Origin: a virus
Strand: one strand, 5' to 3'
IMG/VR virus record: IMGVR_UViG_3300045988_094968
Location: 1-38,111 of that record
Length of the DNA: 38,111 nucleotides
Of this stretch, positions 1 to 8,411 are shown one piece after another. The position numbers and the translations under genes are program-made. Below the pieces are notes generated by a model. The model had not been told where the DNA came from. It was given only the letters and a program-made list of their open reading frames with translations, and searched no databases. How positions within the stretch are numbered: the stretch's first letter is position 1; each line of letters begins with the position of its first letter.

Positions 1-55
1 TGGAGCGAACTATGAACGAGAACCCCGACAAGAGGTTTGACGGCACGCTGCTTAA
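1..55. repeat. Terminal overlap copy 1 (identical to 38057-38111)
   Basis: The 55 nt TGGAGCGAACTATGAACGAGAACCCCGACAAGAGGTTTGACGGCACGCTGCTTAA occur at both window ends. They lie inside a coding frame. Confidence 0.95.
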
Positions 56-209
56 AGCACGAGGCGTTTATGCCAAGGACTTCCAGCGCTATTGCAACGA
101 ACTTTGCCTTTCTCCTCAGGCTCGCGCAAAAATTGCCAATATCGGAATGCAGCAGCAGGAGGATAAGAGCTTACTGCTTGAAATACTTGGCGGCGATGAC
201 GATGATTAG
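1..209 (+). CDS. terS: Terminase small subunit (P27-like), 3' portion; continues from 37804 across the circular junction
   Basis: The frame is continuous with the ORF opening at ATG 37804. 37804..38056 plus 1..209 gives 462 nt (153 aa). The order HNH, small ORF, terL and the size fit P27-type small terminases. Assignment is by synteny and recollection. Confidence 0.72.
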   Translation, partial: ERTMNENPDKRFDGTLLKARGVYAKDFQRYCNELCLSPQARAKIANIGMQQQEDKSLLLEILGGDDDD

Positions 210-1881
210 CGAGAGTAGAGCCTACAAATATGCGGTTCGATGTGCTGAGAACCAAGACCGCAAGGTTGGTATATATGTTCAGCGGCAATGTGCGCAATGG
301 CTTGAAATAGTCAATGATAAGAACCCGAAAGCCTATATATCGCACAGTCAGTGGAAGAAGATCACGAAGATACTAAAAATTATCGTCCACCCTGACCTCA
401 ATTGCTGTATGCATGACGGTCTTGAAGATTACGCTATGCTGTTCATATATGCAATATTCTGCACCAAAAATGCCAAGGACAGCTATAGGTACTATCAGAC
501 CGCGCTGTTGGAAATTGCCCGAAAGAACTTCAAGACGTTCACTTCCGCAGTGATTTTCATAATCGGATTGCTGAGTGAGCCAAGGTTCAGCCGCTTCTTT
601 TCAGTTGCTCCCGACCTGAAGTTATCGAGCGAGCTGAAAATGGCGATCCGAAAGATCATTAAGTCAAGCCCATATCTTGAAGATGAGTTCAAGATATTGC
701 GCAGCGAGATCAGGTGCAAGTTGACGGATTCTGAATATACACCGCTTGCATACTCGCAAGACAAAATGGACGGTAAGCTTGCAACTATGTTTCTCGCCGA
801 TGAGGTCGGAGCAATGGACAACTATCCGCTCGAAGCAATGCGCTCCTCGCAGATAACACTTAGAGAAAAGCTCGGTGTAGTTATTTCCACACAGTACCCG
901 AACGATTTCAACGCAATGCTTGATGAGATCGACAAATCGAAAAAAACAATTGACGGTATTCTTAACGAACGCCGTTTTTCTTTACTTTTTGAACCTGATG
1001 ACGAGTTCAAGCAGGGCGACAGTTGGATGACGGAAGATCTTGCAATCTTTCAGGCGAATCCCGTTGCCGTTAATAACGATTACATTTTAGACGATCTCAT
1101 CGAAAAGCGTCAGAATGCGATCCTTTACGAGAACGCACGAGAGAATTTCCTCTGTAAGCACCTTAACATACTCTACAAGGGGCTTGGCGTTGAGGGGTAT
1201 ATAGACATTAACAATGTCAGACTGTGCCGTACAAATGAAGATTTGGAGTTCTGGAGAGGGAAAAGAGTGTATCTTGGACTTGACCTCTCGCAGACCGATG
1301 ATAATACATCGTTGGCTATGGTGACAAAAGAGGGCGATACCGTATATGCAAAAGTCTGGGGATTCATTCCTGAGAATAAAATCGACATCAAAAGCCACAA
1401 GGAAGGCGTTGATTATGCAAAACTTATCCGTGAAAAGAATTGCTTTGCCTGCGGCGATGATGTCATTGATTACGGTTTTGTTGAAAGGTTCATACAATCA
1501 CTTTCGGAGTTGTACGGTGTTGAGATAGTTCAGTTAGGTTTCGACCGATACAATGCAATTTCCACGATCCAGAAGCTTGAAGGAAGTGAGCACCCTGTTG
1601 AATGTGTTGAAATAACACAGCACTCGCGTTTCCTGCACCGACCCACAAAACTTCTCCGCGAACTTATTCTGAGCCGAAAATTTTCATATGACTGTAATCT
1701 TATGTTGGAAATCAACTTTGAAAATGCTCGATGCACCAAAGACACCAATCTGAACCAGTATGTCAATAAAAAGAAGTCGGCAGGCAAGGTAGATATGGTC
1801 GTATCATTGATCAATGCAATGTATCTGCTTCAAATTGCGGAATTTGACAACAGCGGCGGATTTGTATGTCAGGTCATCTGA
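196..1881 (+). CDS. terL: Terminase large subunit (Terminase_1-like)
   Basis: Part of the 614-aa ORF. In-frame ATG 196 (or 202) overlaps the terS stop, and 37-195 lies inside terS. It has a Walker-A-like 'EIARKNFKT' and a nuclease-domain 'YLGLDLSQTDDNTSLAMV'. The portal gene follows directly. Confidence 0.9.
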   Translation: MTMISESRAYKYAVRCAENQDRKVGIYVQRQCAQWLEIVNDKNPKAYISHSQWKKITKILKIIVHPDLNCCMHDGLEDYAMLFIYAIFCTKNAKDSYRYYQTALLEIARKNFKTFTSAVIFIIGLLSEPRFSRFFSVAPDLKLSSELKMAIRKIIKSSPYLEDEFKILRSEIRCKLTDSEYTPLAYSQDKMDGKLATMFLADEVGAMDNYPLEAMRSSQITLREKLGVVISTQYPNDFNAMLDEIDKSKKTIDGILNERRFSLLFEPDDEFKQGDSWMTEDLAIFQANPVAVNNDYILDDLIEKRQNAILYENARENFLCKHLNILYKGLGVEGYIDINNVRLCRTNEDLEFWRGKRVYLGLDLSQTDDNTSLAMVTKEGDTVYAKVWGFIPENKIDIKSHKEGVDYAKLIREKNCFACGDDVIDYGFVERFIQSLSELYGVEIVQLGFDRYNAISTIQKLEGSEHPVECVEITQHSRFLHRPTKLLRELILSRKFSYDCNLMLEINFENARCTKDTNLNQYVNKKKSAGKVDMVVSLINAMYLLQIAEFDNSGGFVCQVI

Positions 1882-3617
1882 AAGGAGTGATAAATATAGG
1901 CATTTTTAAGCGAAAGAAGAAAATTGAAAAGCGTGCCGAATCTCCGAGTGTTCTGACGCTTGAGGGGCTTGTTGCATACGGAACGAAAATCACGAGGGAG
2001 CAGGCGCTTGAGATTCCTACTGTTGCTGCCTGTGTGGGCAAGCTTGCCGATACCGTTGCAAGGCTGCCGATACATCTTCACCAGAAAGTCGATGATAAAG
2101 TCGTTGAGGTCAAGGGAGATCCGCGATTGAAACAGCTCAACGGCGAAACAGGTGACGCTATGAACGCGGTTGAAATGTGGACAGCGGCGCTTTCGGACTA
2201 TTTTCTTGGGCGCGGAGCATGGATATACATAGAACCGCGGTTCGAGGGGCTGCATTATGTTGACAGCCGCAGCGTGGGGACCATCAGTAATGCCGACCCG
2301 ATTTTCAAGCAGTTCTGTGTGAATATCAACGGTCAGAATTATTATGACTGGCAGTTCATCAAACTGCTGCGCAAGACCCGAAACGGCTGGGACAACGTGC
2401 CGATACAGGAAGAATCGGCGACAATTTTCTCCGCGGCATACAATTCGATAAAACTTGAAAATCAGATGAATGTAAACGGCGGCTGCAAGCCCGGTTTTCT
2501 GAAATCAAGTCACACGCTGACTAAAGAAGCTGCCGATATGATACGCGAAAATTACAATTCGATGTACTCAAATGACGGCGGCAGCCAGAAAGGAAAAGTA
2601 GTCGTATTAAACGAGGGCATTGACTTCCAAGCAGTTACAAATACCGCGGTTGAGCTGCAAATGAACGAGAACAAAAAGGTCAATTCAATCGAGATCTGCA
2701 AGCTTTTCGGATTTCCGCACACGATCATAGACGGCGGTGCTTCGGAGGAAGATAAGAAACAGTTCATATCCGTTGTTGTATCTATTGTCAATCGGATAGA
2801 GACGGCTCTTGATACTGTCATGCTTTACGAAGATGAGAAAGAGAAAGGCTATTACTGGTCTTTCGACACGCGAGAGCTGACGCGAGGCAACATGAAAGAA
2901 CGCTATGAAGCGTATGCGATCGCACTGGAAAATCACTTCCTGCAAATTGATGAGGTACGCCGCGAGGAAGATTACGAACCTGTCGGATTCAATTTCGTAA
3001 CTATGGGGCTTGGCGATATTCTCCTCAATCCCGAGACAATGGAAGTGTTCACTCCGAATACCGGTCAGACAAGCAATCTGCTGACGGGCGAAAGCCGAGC
3101 CGAGGGCATCGAGCTGCGCTACAACCATAATCACGATTCCAAGGGGAGATTTGCAAGTGGTTCAGGTGGCGGAGGTTCTTTAAAACCTGTTGACAAATCA
3201 AATAAAAATTTGTCGAAACCATTGACACCAGAAGAAAAAAAGCGTATACTAAAAGAAAAGATAGACTCGGGCGAAATGAAAACAAATGTTGATGTAACGC
3301 AACAGCCTAAACATCAGTATTCAAAATCTTGGAAGAATCAAGTAAAGCAATCATTAATGCCTGGCAGTAAACAAAAACCGAGGTCGGTTCTTGCTAAAGG
3401 TGCTGTTCCTGAAGAGTTGGTGAAAAAGTATTCGCTAACAGGCAGAGTTGAGTTAAGTAGAGACGGTAGCCGAATTGATGAATTTGTTAACACTCCTGAT
3501 TTTATAGGACGTACTTATGACAGTGAATTAAAACGGTATGTCAAAACTAAAACTCTTCAAATTAGATACACTAAAAAAGGCATTCATGTATTCCCGACTA
3601 TTAAAAAGGAGGCGTAG
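1866..3617 (+). CDS. Portal protein (HK97-type, about 430 aa) fused to a roughly 146-aa basic C-terminal extension
   Basis: 583-aa ORF immediately after terL and upstream of the prohead protease. The body ends near 'RYNHNHDSKGRFASG', followed by a 'GSGGGGS' linker (about 3157-3179). A Lys-rich, visibly AT-rich tail follows. The start is uncertain: ATG 1866 overlaps terL, and RBS AAAGGAG at 1881-1887 would favour a downstream non-ATG start. Confidence 0.85.
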   Translation: MSGHLKGVINIGIFKRKKKIEKRAESPSVLTLEGLVAYGTKITREQALEIPTVAACVGKLADTVARLPIHLHQKVDDKVVEVKGDPRLKQLNGETGDAMNAVEMWTAALSDYFLGRGAWIYIEPRFEGLHYVDSRSVGTISNADPIFKQFCVNINGQNYYDWQFIKLLRKTRNGWDNVPIQEESATIFSAAYNSIKLENQMNVNGGCKPGFLKSSHTLTKEAADMIRENYNSMYSNDGGSQKGKVVVLNEGIDFQAVTNTAVELQMNENKKVNSIEICKLFGFPHTIIDGGASEEDKKQFISVVVSIVNRIETALDTVMLYEDEKEKGYYWSFDTRELTRGNMKERYEAYAIALENHFLQIDEVRREEDYEPVGFNFVTMGLGDILLNPETMEVFTPNTGQTSNLLTGESRAEGIELRYNHNHDSKGRFASGSGGGGSLKPVDKSNKNLSKPLTPEEKKRILKEKIDSGEMKTNVDVTQQPKHQYSKSWKNQVKQSLMPGSKQKPRSVLAKGAVPEELVKKYSLTGRVELSRDGSRIDEFVNTPDFIGRTYDSELKRYVKTKTLQIRYTKKGIHVFPTIKKEA

Positions 3618-3619
3618 CA

Positions 3620-3829
3620 ATGTTAGATTACAAAGAATGGAACGAAACTGTTCCTAAATTGTTAGGTAAAAAAATTCGTATAACCTGCACAGATGATGAA
3701 GTCTATAACACCACCTGTGATTATATCTCAGAAGCAGAAGATGACGAAGGATATAATCTGCCTGTCATTGTAACGCCTTTTTTTGAATTTGACAGAACTG
3801 ATGTTAAAAAAATTGAATTTTTAGATTAA
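3620..3829 (+). CDS. Small acidic protein (69 aa), candidate partner/immunity protein of the portal C-terminal domain
   Basis: The ATG lies 2 nt after the portal stop, and RBS AAAGGAGG sits in the portal 3' end. It shares the AT-rich composition of the portal tail. An acidic patch 'SEAEDDEG' is present, and a hairpin terminator follows. Confidence 0.5.
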   Translation: MLDYKEWNETVPKLLGKKIRITCTDDEVYNTTCDYISEAEDDEGYNLPVIVTPFFEFDRTDVKKIEFLD

Positions 3830-3857
3830 ACCGCCCAGCAATGAGCGGTTTTCTTAT
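3828..3857 (+). terminator. Hairpin plus T-tract after the 69-aa ORF
   Basis: AAACCGC-(10 nt)-GCGGTTT followed by TCTT. The stem is weak to moderate (7 bp). Confidence 0.4.
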
Positions 3858-3881
3858 ACCCATTTGAAGGAGGTGAGGAGA

Positions 3882-4127
3882 ATGGACGAGAAAGCACTGA
3901 AAATAGTCAGAGATTATATATTTGCACATCTCGACAAGACGGATACTGTTCCGCCATTTGATGTCTATATGGTCTGGAAGTGCAAAGCCTTGCAGAACTG
4001 GAAGTATCTTATCTCCAGTACGCTGTGTGACGGTATGTACTATGAGATGACATACAACGGCGACAAGAAGGAATGGTATCTCGACGCTTACAAGAAGTTC
4101 GAGAACAAAGTTATCACGGAGGAATAA
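3882..4127 (+). CDS. Small conserved phage protein (81 aa; resembles the DUF6275-type 'VWxCKxLQNxK...DGMYYExTYNGDK' family)
   Basis: ATG 3882 is preceded by GGAGGTGAGG. The track start at 3864 is a TTG upstream of that RBS. The motif 'VWKCKALQNWKYLISSTLCDGMYYEMTYNGDKKEWYLDAYKK' is recalled from Firmicute prophages. Confidence 0.6.
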   Translation: MDEKALKIVRDYIFAHLDKTDTVPPFDVYMVWKCKALQNWKYLISSTLCDGMYYEMTYNGDKKEWYLDAYKKFENKVITEE

Positions 4128-4130
4128 AAA

Positions 4131-4364
4131 ATGGACGACTGGAAAGGCAGGCTGAAAGCTGAGTACTCTCAGACAAAGGAACGATACGAAAAGCTGAAGG
4201 CTTATAATAACAAGCAGGAAGTTGAAGCCTACTTACTCAAAGACATTGCAGAAGAACCGGAAGATATGTACAGCAGAGTGCTGCTGAAAAAACAGCAGGC
4301 TGCTATGGGCGAGTACCTTCACATACTGGAGCTCCGTGCAGAGCTGGCTCACATCGAACTTTAA
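4131..4364 (+). CDS. Small helical protein (77 aa)
   Basis: The ATG lies 3 nt after the preceding stop. The pattern 'WKGRLKAEYSQTKERYEKL...QQAAMGEYLHILELRAEL' resembles a recurrent small phage helical family. Function is unknown. Confidence 0.55.
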   Translation: MDDWKGRLKAEYSQTKERYEKLKAYNNKQEVEAYLLKDIAEEPEDMYSRVLLKKQQAAMGEYLHILELRAELAHIEL

Positions 4365-4447
4365 TACCGCTTACAAGCATTTGCCAAGGACACAAATGTC
4401 CCTCGCAAGTGCTATTTTTATACCCCAAATCAGAAAGGACTGATAAA

Positions 4448-5020
4448 ATGATAAAAATCGAAGAACGCGCAGACGGTGTGCACATCAGCGGATATGTCAA
4501 CACAACCGGCAAGCCGTCACGTCCGATAATCACGCCGCGCGGCAAGGTCATCGAGGTAATTGAAGAAAGAGCGTTTGAGCAGGCGCTCAGATCCAACGGC
4601 GAGGTTACTATGAGCGTAGACCACGACCAGTCGCATATCTATGCTTCTACGCGCGACAATACGCTGTCGGTCTACGAGGACGCTATCGGACTTCATGCAG
4701 ACGTACTCGTGCGCGACAAAGACCTCATTGACATTGCCAAAAAGGGCAAGATAAGAGGCTGGAGTTTCGGTATGTACAACGTTGTGGACGACATGGAACA
4801 GCGTGCCGATGATATACCGATACGGCACATAAAATCGCTTGAACTCGACCATATCACGCTCGTTGTTCACAAGCAGCCGTGCTATGCTGCAACATCTGTT
4901 GAAGTGAGAGCAGACAGCGATATGGTTATGGAAACAAGAACGTTTGAGGACGAATCACAGGTGACTATTCCGAAGCCTGATTATTCAGACTTTGAAAAAC
5001 GCATTGCAGAATTAGGATAA
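4448..5020 (+). CDS. Prohead protease (HK97 / S78-like)
   Basis: In-frame ATG 4448 follows GAAAGGA. The product starts 'MIKIEERADGVHISGYVN' and contains 'SVDHD' and 'GWSFGM'. The gene lies directly upstream of the major capsid gene. Confidence 0.85.
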   Translation: MIKIEERADGVHISGYVNTTGKPSRPIITPRGKVIEVIEERAFEQALRSNGEVTMSVDHDQSHIYASTRDNTLSVYEDAIGLHADVLVRDKDLIDIAKKGKIRGWSFGMYNVVDDMEQRADDIPIRHIKSLELDHITLVVHKQPCYAATSVEVRADSDMVMETRTFEDESQVTIPKPDYSDFEKRIAELG

Positions 5021-5023
5021 AAC

Positions 5024-5046
5024 AGAACCGCGAGGTTCTTTTTTTA
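5024..5046 (+). terminator. Short hairpin plus T7 between protease and capsid genes
   Basis: AGAACC-GCGA-GGTTCT followed by TTTTTTT. Confidence 0.5.
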
Positions 5047-5072
5047 TATCAATTTTTTAACGGAGGTAAAGT

Positions 5073-6239
5073 ATGATCAAGAAACTCATCGAAAAAAGAG
5101 CGGCTTACAAGAAGCAGCTCGATGATCTCCTCGGCAAGGCTAAGACCGAAGAGAGAGCTATGACGCCCGAGGAAACAGCGGAATTTGACCGTATCGAGGG
5201 CGAGATCAAGAACATCGACAAAACTATCGATGCCGAAAAGCGCGCTATGTCGCTTGACGATTTCCACCCGCCTATGGCAAACGCTGTTCCTGACGCAGAC
5301 GAAGCCAAGAAAATGGAAGAACGCGCCTTTGAAAATTACATTCTGGGTGTGACCGAAAACCGTGCAGGCGAGCAGAATCTCACAATGGGCAACAACGGTG
5401 CGATCATTCCTCAGAGTATCGCAAACAGGATCATTGACAAGATCAGAGACATCTGCCCTATTCTTTCAGGTGCAGAGATGTATCATGTCAAGGGCACACT
5501 TAAAATTCCTAAGTGGACGGTTGCAAACAGCACACATGATGTAACTGTGGGCTACGCTACAGAATTTCAGGAAGTCACCGCTGACAGCGGCAAGTTCACA
5601 TCAATCGACCTCGGCGGCTACCTTGCGGCGGCACTCGTACTCATCGGTAAGAGCGTTGAAAACAACAGTGAAATCAACGTTGTTGATTTTGTTATCAGCA
5701 AGATCGCCGAAAAGGTTTCCGCGTTCATTGAAGAACAGCTTCTCTCGGGCACAGGCTCATCTCAGGCACAGGGCATTCTTAACTGCGCCAACACTGTGAC
5801 CGCTGCCAATAATGACAAGATCACTGTTGACGACCTCATCGAGCTTCAGGGCGCTGTCAAGCAGGCGTATCAGCAGGGGGCGTGCTGGACAATGAACAAC
5901 GACACATTTACAGCTATTAAAAAGATCAAGGACACAACGGGCAGAATGATGATTCAGACCGACGCAAGCAAGGCGTTCCCTTATACGCTTCTCGGTAAGC
6001 CTGTTTATCTGTCTGACGCAATGCCTAAAATCGCGGCAAATGCAAAGACCGTGCTTTACGGCAATTACAACGCCCTTGCAGTGAACTTCCGCGAGAACAT
6101 CAATGTCCAGATACTCCGCGAAAAGTACGCTACACAGCACGCTCTTGGCGTTATCTGCTGGTTCGAGTTTGATTCCAAGGTTATCGATGAGCAGAAGTGT
6201 GCCGTCCTCGTTCAGGCTGCTGCTTCAAGCACGGGCTGA
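5073..6239 (+). CDS. Major capsid protein (HK97 fold) with N-terminal coiled-coil delta/scaffold domain
   Basis: RBS GGAGGT precedes the start. The 388-aa product has a Lys/Glu-rich first ~100 aa, then a capsid-like body. The gene follows the protease. Confidence 0.9.
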   Translation: MIKKLIEKRAAYKKQLDDLLGKAKTEERAMTPEETAEFDRIEGEIKNIDKTIDAEKRAMSLDDFHPPMANAVPDADEAKKMEERAFENYILGVTENRAGEQNLTMGNNGAIIPQSIANRIIDKIRDICPILSGAEMYHVKGTLKIPKWTVANSTHDVTVGYATEFQEVTADSGKFTSIDLGGYLAAALVLIGKSVENNSEINVVDFVISKIAEKVSAFIEEQLLSGTGSSQAQGILNCANTVTAANNDKITVDDLIELQGAVKQAYQQGACWTMNNDTFTAIKKIKDTTGRMMIQTDASKAFPYTLLGKPVYLSDAMPKIAANAKTVLYGNYNALAVNFRENINVQILREKYATQHALGVICWFEFDSKVIDEQKCAVLVQAAASSTG

Positions 6240-6256
6240 TAAGGCGGTGAACCGCG

Positions 6257-6544
6257 ATGAAGATTGCCGATGTAACAGATGAAGCAATCATGGAGTTCTG
6301 CGGTATATATGACGACGATGGCAGCAAGCTTATTCCAATAGCGAAAGATGCTGCCATTGCTCATATAAAGGCTATCACAGGGCTTACACAGGAGGAAATC
6401 GACAGCCACGAGGATATAACAATGGCGTATCTCGTGCTTATCAATGACGGATTCTACAACCGCGACTATACTTTAAGCTGGCAGAAGCAGGTCAACCCGT
6501 ATGTAGATAGAATTCTGAACGCACACCGCAAAAATTATGTCTGA
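6257..6544 (+). CDS. Head-tail connector (gp6-like)
   Basis: 95 aa, first gene after the capsid gene. The N-terminus 'ADVTDEAIMEFCGI' is typical of gp6-like connectors. Confidence 0.65.
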   Translation: MKIADVTDEAIMEFCGIYDDDGSKLIPIAKDAAIAHIKAITGLTQEEIDSHEDITMAYLVLINDGFYNRDYTLSWQKQVNPYVDRILNAHRKNYV

Positions 6545-6555
6545 GGAGGGGAATC

Positions 6556-6888
6556 ATGGCTACTTTCAGCAAAAGAATAGAGATCCAGCAGCTTGCCACG
6601 GAGACGGACAATATAGGAAATCAACCGAAAGAATGGAAAACGGTAGTAAAGCCGTGGTGTTCTGCCGTAATTACAACGGGAAAAGAATACTACGAGGCGG
6701 CGCAGATAAACGCCGAGAACGATATTACGTTCAAAATGCTGTACTCCCGAAAAATCCACGAAATGAAGCCCTCGGAAATCAGAATTATTTACAACGGCAA
6801 GGCTTACGATATCAAGCGTATCACAGACTACCGTGAACAGCGGCGAACTCTTGAAATAAAGGCGGTCGAGATAAATGGCAGAGATTGA
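6556..6888 (+). CDS. Head closure / head-tail adaptor protein
   Basis: RBS GAGGAGGGG. 110 aa, with 'FSKRIEIQ...TDNIGNQPKEW...WCSAV...ITFKM' resembling SPP1 gp16/H_T_join proteins. Confidence 0.65.
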   Translation: MATFSKRIEIQQLATETDNIGNQPKEWKTVVKPWCSAVITTGKEYYEAAQINAENDITFKMLYSRKIHEMKPSEIRIIYNGKAYDIKRITDYREQRRTLEIKAVEINGRD

Positions 6889-7222
6889 CATAGGCAAGAT
6901 TTTCTCCGATTTCAGCGAGGAGATAAAATCGCAGATCGACAAGGAGCTTAAAACTATCGCAAGGGAGACTGTTTCCGAGCTTAACGCAACTTCGCCGAAA
7001 AAGTCGGGAGATTTTGCGAGGGGCTGGCGATATTTGAAAGAGCGTGGCAGTTCAGAGATAAGAATAACTATCTCAAACCGCAAGAAATGGCAGCTCACAC
7101 ACCTGCTTGAAAGCGGTCACAAAAATCGTGACGAAAAAACAAATAGCAGAGCGTTTCCTCACGTTGCACCTGCTAATGAAAGGGCGCAGAAGAAGTTCCG
7201 GGAATTTATGGGAGATAAATAA
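6875..7222 (+). CDS. HK97 gp10-like neck/tail-attachment protein
   Basis: 115 aa, overlapping the upstream gene by 14 nt. Assigned by position and the 'SPKKSGDFARGW' pattern. Confidence 0.6.
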   Translation: MAEIDIGKIFSDFSEEIKSQIDKELKTIARETVSELNATSPKKSGDFARGWRYLKERGSSEIRITISNRKKWQLTHLLESGHKNRDEKTNSRAFPHVAPANERAQKKFREFMGDK

Positions 7223-7545
7223 TGACACTTGAAGAAATTTATACCCGCCTTAAAAAAGTGGGTATACCTGTTGCATATCTGTTCTTTAAAACTCCTCAGA
7301 AGCCGCCGTTTATCGCCTACTATGAAAGCGGAACAAGCATTGACGGAGCTGACGTTCTGAATCTGTACCGCAGCAAGGATATAACGATCGAACTGTATGC
7401 TGACAGTAAAATGCCCGAAATCGAGCGGAAAATCGAGGAACTGTTTAACGATGTTCCACTTGACAAAGCCACAGACATCTATATCGAAAATGAGAAACTT
7501 CTGAAAGTAGAATATACTTTCACCACTATCGAAACAGGAGGATAA
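7222..7545 (+). CDS. Tail completion/terminator-like protein
   Basis: 107 aa. The ATG overlaps the upstream stop. Assigned by position before the major tail gene only. Confidence 0.45.
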   Translation: MTLEEIYTRLKKVGIPVAYLFFKTPQKPPFIAYYESGTSIDGADVLNLYRSKDITIELYADSKMPEIERKIEELFNDVPLDKATDIYIENEKLLKVEYTFTTIETGG

Positions 7546-7548
7546 TGT

Positions 7549-8142
7549 ATGTCAAATACAATGAAAGACGAATTAAATAAAATCGTTCTTGGCAGCATGG
7601 ATTTCTATGTCGTTGCGTTTACGGGAACAGTTCCCGCGGACACGGAAATTGAAAAGGACGAGAACATGATCGGCAGAACCAAAAACGGCGGTACTCTTAA
7701 CTACTCGTCAACATGGACAACGGCTGAATCCGATGACGGTAAAGCAAAGCGCAAGAAGATCGTCAGCGAATCGGCTACGATAAGCTACGGCGTGATCACA
7801 TGGAATGCCAAAACGATCGCAAAGCTTGTGGCTACTGCCCGTGTGTCAGAAGCAAGCGGCAAGAGAAAGGCTAAAATAGGCGGCGTAGAAAACGATAACG
7901 GCACACGTTATCTTATCCGCGGTGTCCACAAGGACAAGGTCGCAGGTGATATAAGGATCACGGGAGTAGGCGTAAATACAGGCGGCTGGGAATCAGCGTT
8001 TCAGCCTGAGAACCCGACCACTCCTCAGGCACAGTTCGAGCTTGAACCGCTTCTCGATGATGAGGGTACGCTCTGCATTTACGAGGAGGAAATGGTCACA
8101 GAAACTCAGAGTGATCCCTCGACTAATCCGGAGGGTACATAA
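7549..8142 (+). CDS. Major tail protein
   Basis: RBS GGAGGA. 197 aa, immediately upstream of the chaperone pair and the tape measure gene. Confidence 0.7.
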   Translation: MSNTMKDELNKIVLGSMDFYVVAFTGTVPADTEIEKDENMIGRTKNGGTLNYSSTWTTAESDDGKAKRKKIVSESATISYGVITWNAKTIAKLVATARVSEASGKRKAKIGGVENDNGTRYLIRGVHKDKVAGDIRITGVGVNTGGWESAFQPENPTTPQAQFELEPLLDDEGTLCIYEEEMVTETQSDPSTNPEGT

Positions 8143-8411
8143 TGACGAGAAAGCTTATAGTTTCACTTGACAGCGGTCTGACTATCACGGTCAGACCGCC
8201 TACTGTTCGACAGTTCTATGAACAGCGTCCTGCCATTAAAAAGAACTCGGAGACATACGCATTTATTGCGGAAGTTTACAGCAGAAACGATGAGGGCATT
8301 AAGTTCACTGCCGAGCAGGTTCTCAACGAGTTCACTACCGATGATTTCCGTTTCTTCATGGACGACTATATCGGCTGGGTGGTTCATGAACATGAAAACG
8401 ACCCAAACTGA
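8142..8411 (+). CDS. Tail assembly chaperone (G-like)
   Basis: 89 aa, located between the major tail and tape measure genes. It ends 3 nt after a slippery heptamer. Confidence 0.7.
   Translation: MTRKLIVSLDSGLTITVRPPTVRQFYEQRPAIKKNSETYAFIAEVYSRNDEGIKFTAEQVLNEFTTDDFRFFMDDYIGWVVHEHENDPN

Noticed and set aside
1-55. The 55-bp terminal repeat as a biological direct terminal repeat or cos-flanking repeat
   Set aside because: It sits inside the terS coding frame, is exactly 55 nt (a common assembler k-mer), and restores an intact gene when the ends are joined. A circular-assembly overlap is the simpler explanation.
37-195. N-terminal 53 codons of the 614-aa terL ORF as listed in the track
   Set aside because: They lie entirely inside the terS reading frame, which ends at 209. 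In-frame ATGs at 196 and 202 give the usual short terS/terL overlap.
540-560. Deviant Walker A in terL ('RKNFKT' instead of the recalled 'RKNGKS/T')
   Set aside because: The consensus is only half-remembered for this family, and a single substitution cannot be judged without an alignment.
52-1814. Minus-strand ORFs antisense to terL (52-345, 495-821, 822-1010, 1087-1497, 1530-1814). Similar antisense ORFs lie across the portal, capsid, tape measure, Tal, helicase and primase genes.
   Set aside because: These are shadow ORFs opposite long, well-supported genes. They have no RBSs and Ser/Leu/Arg-rich low-complexity translations.
6537-6836. 99-aa plus-strand ORF overlapping the head-closure gene in another frame
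   Set aside because: The 6556-6888 frame has a strong RBS (GAGGAGGGG) and a family-like sequence. The alternative frame is Arg/Gly-rich and lacks an RBS.
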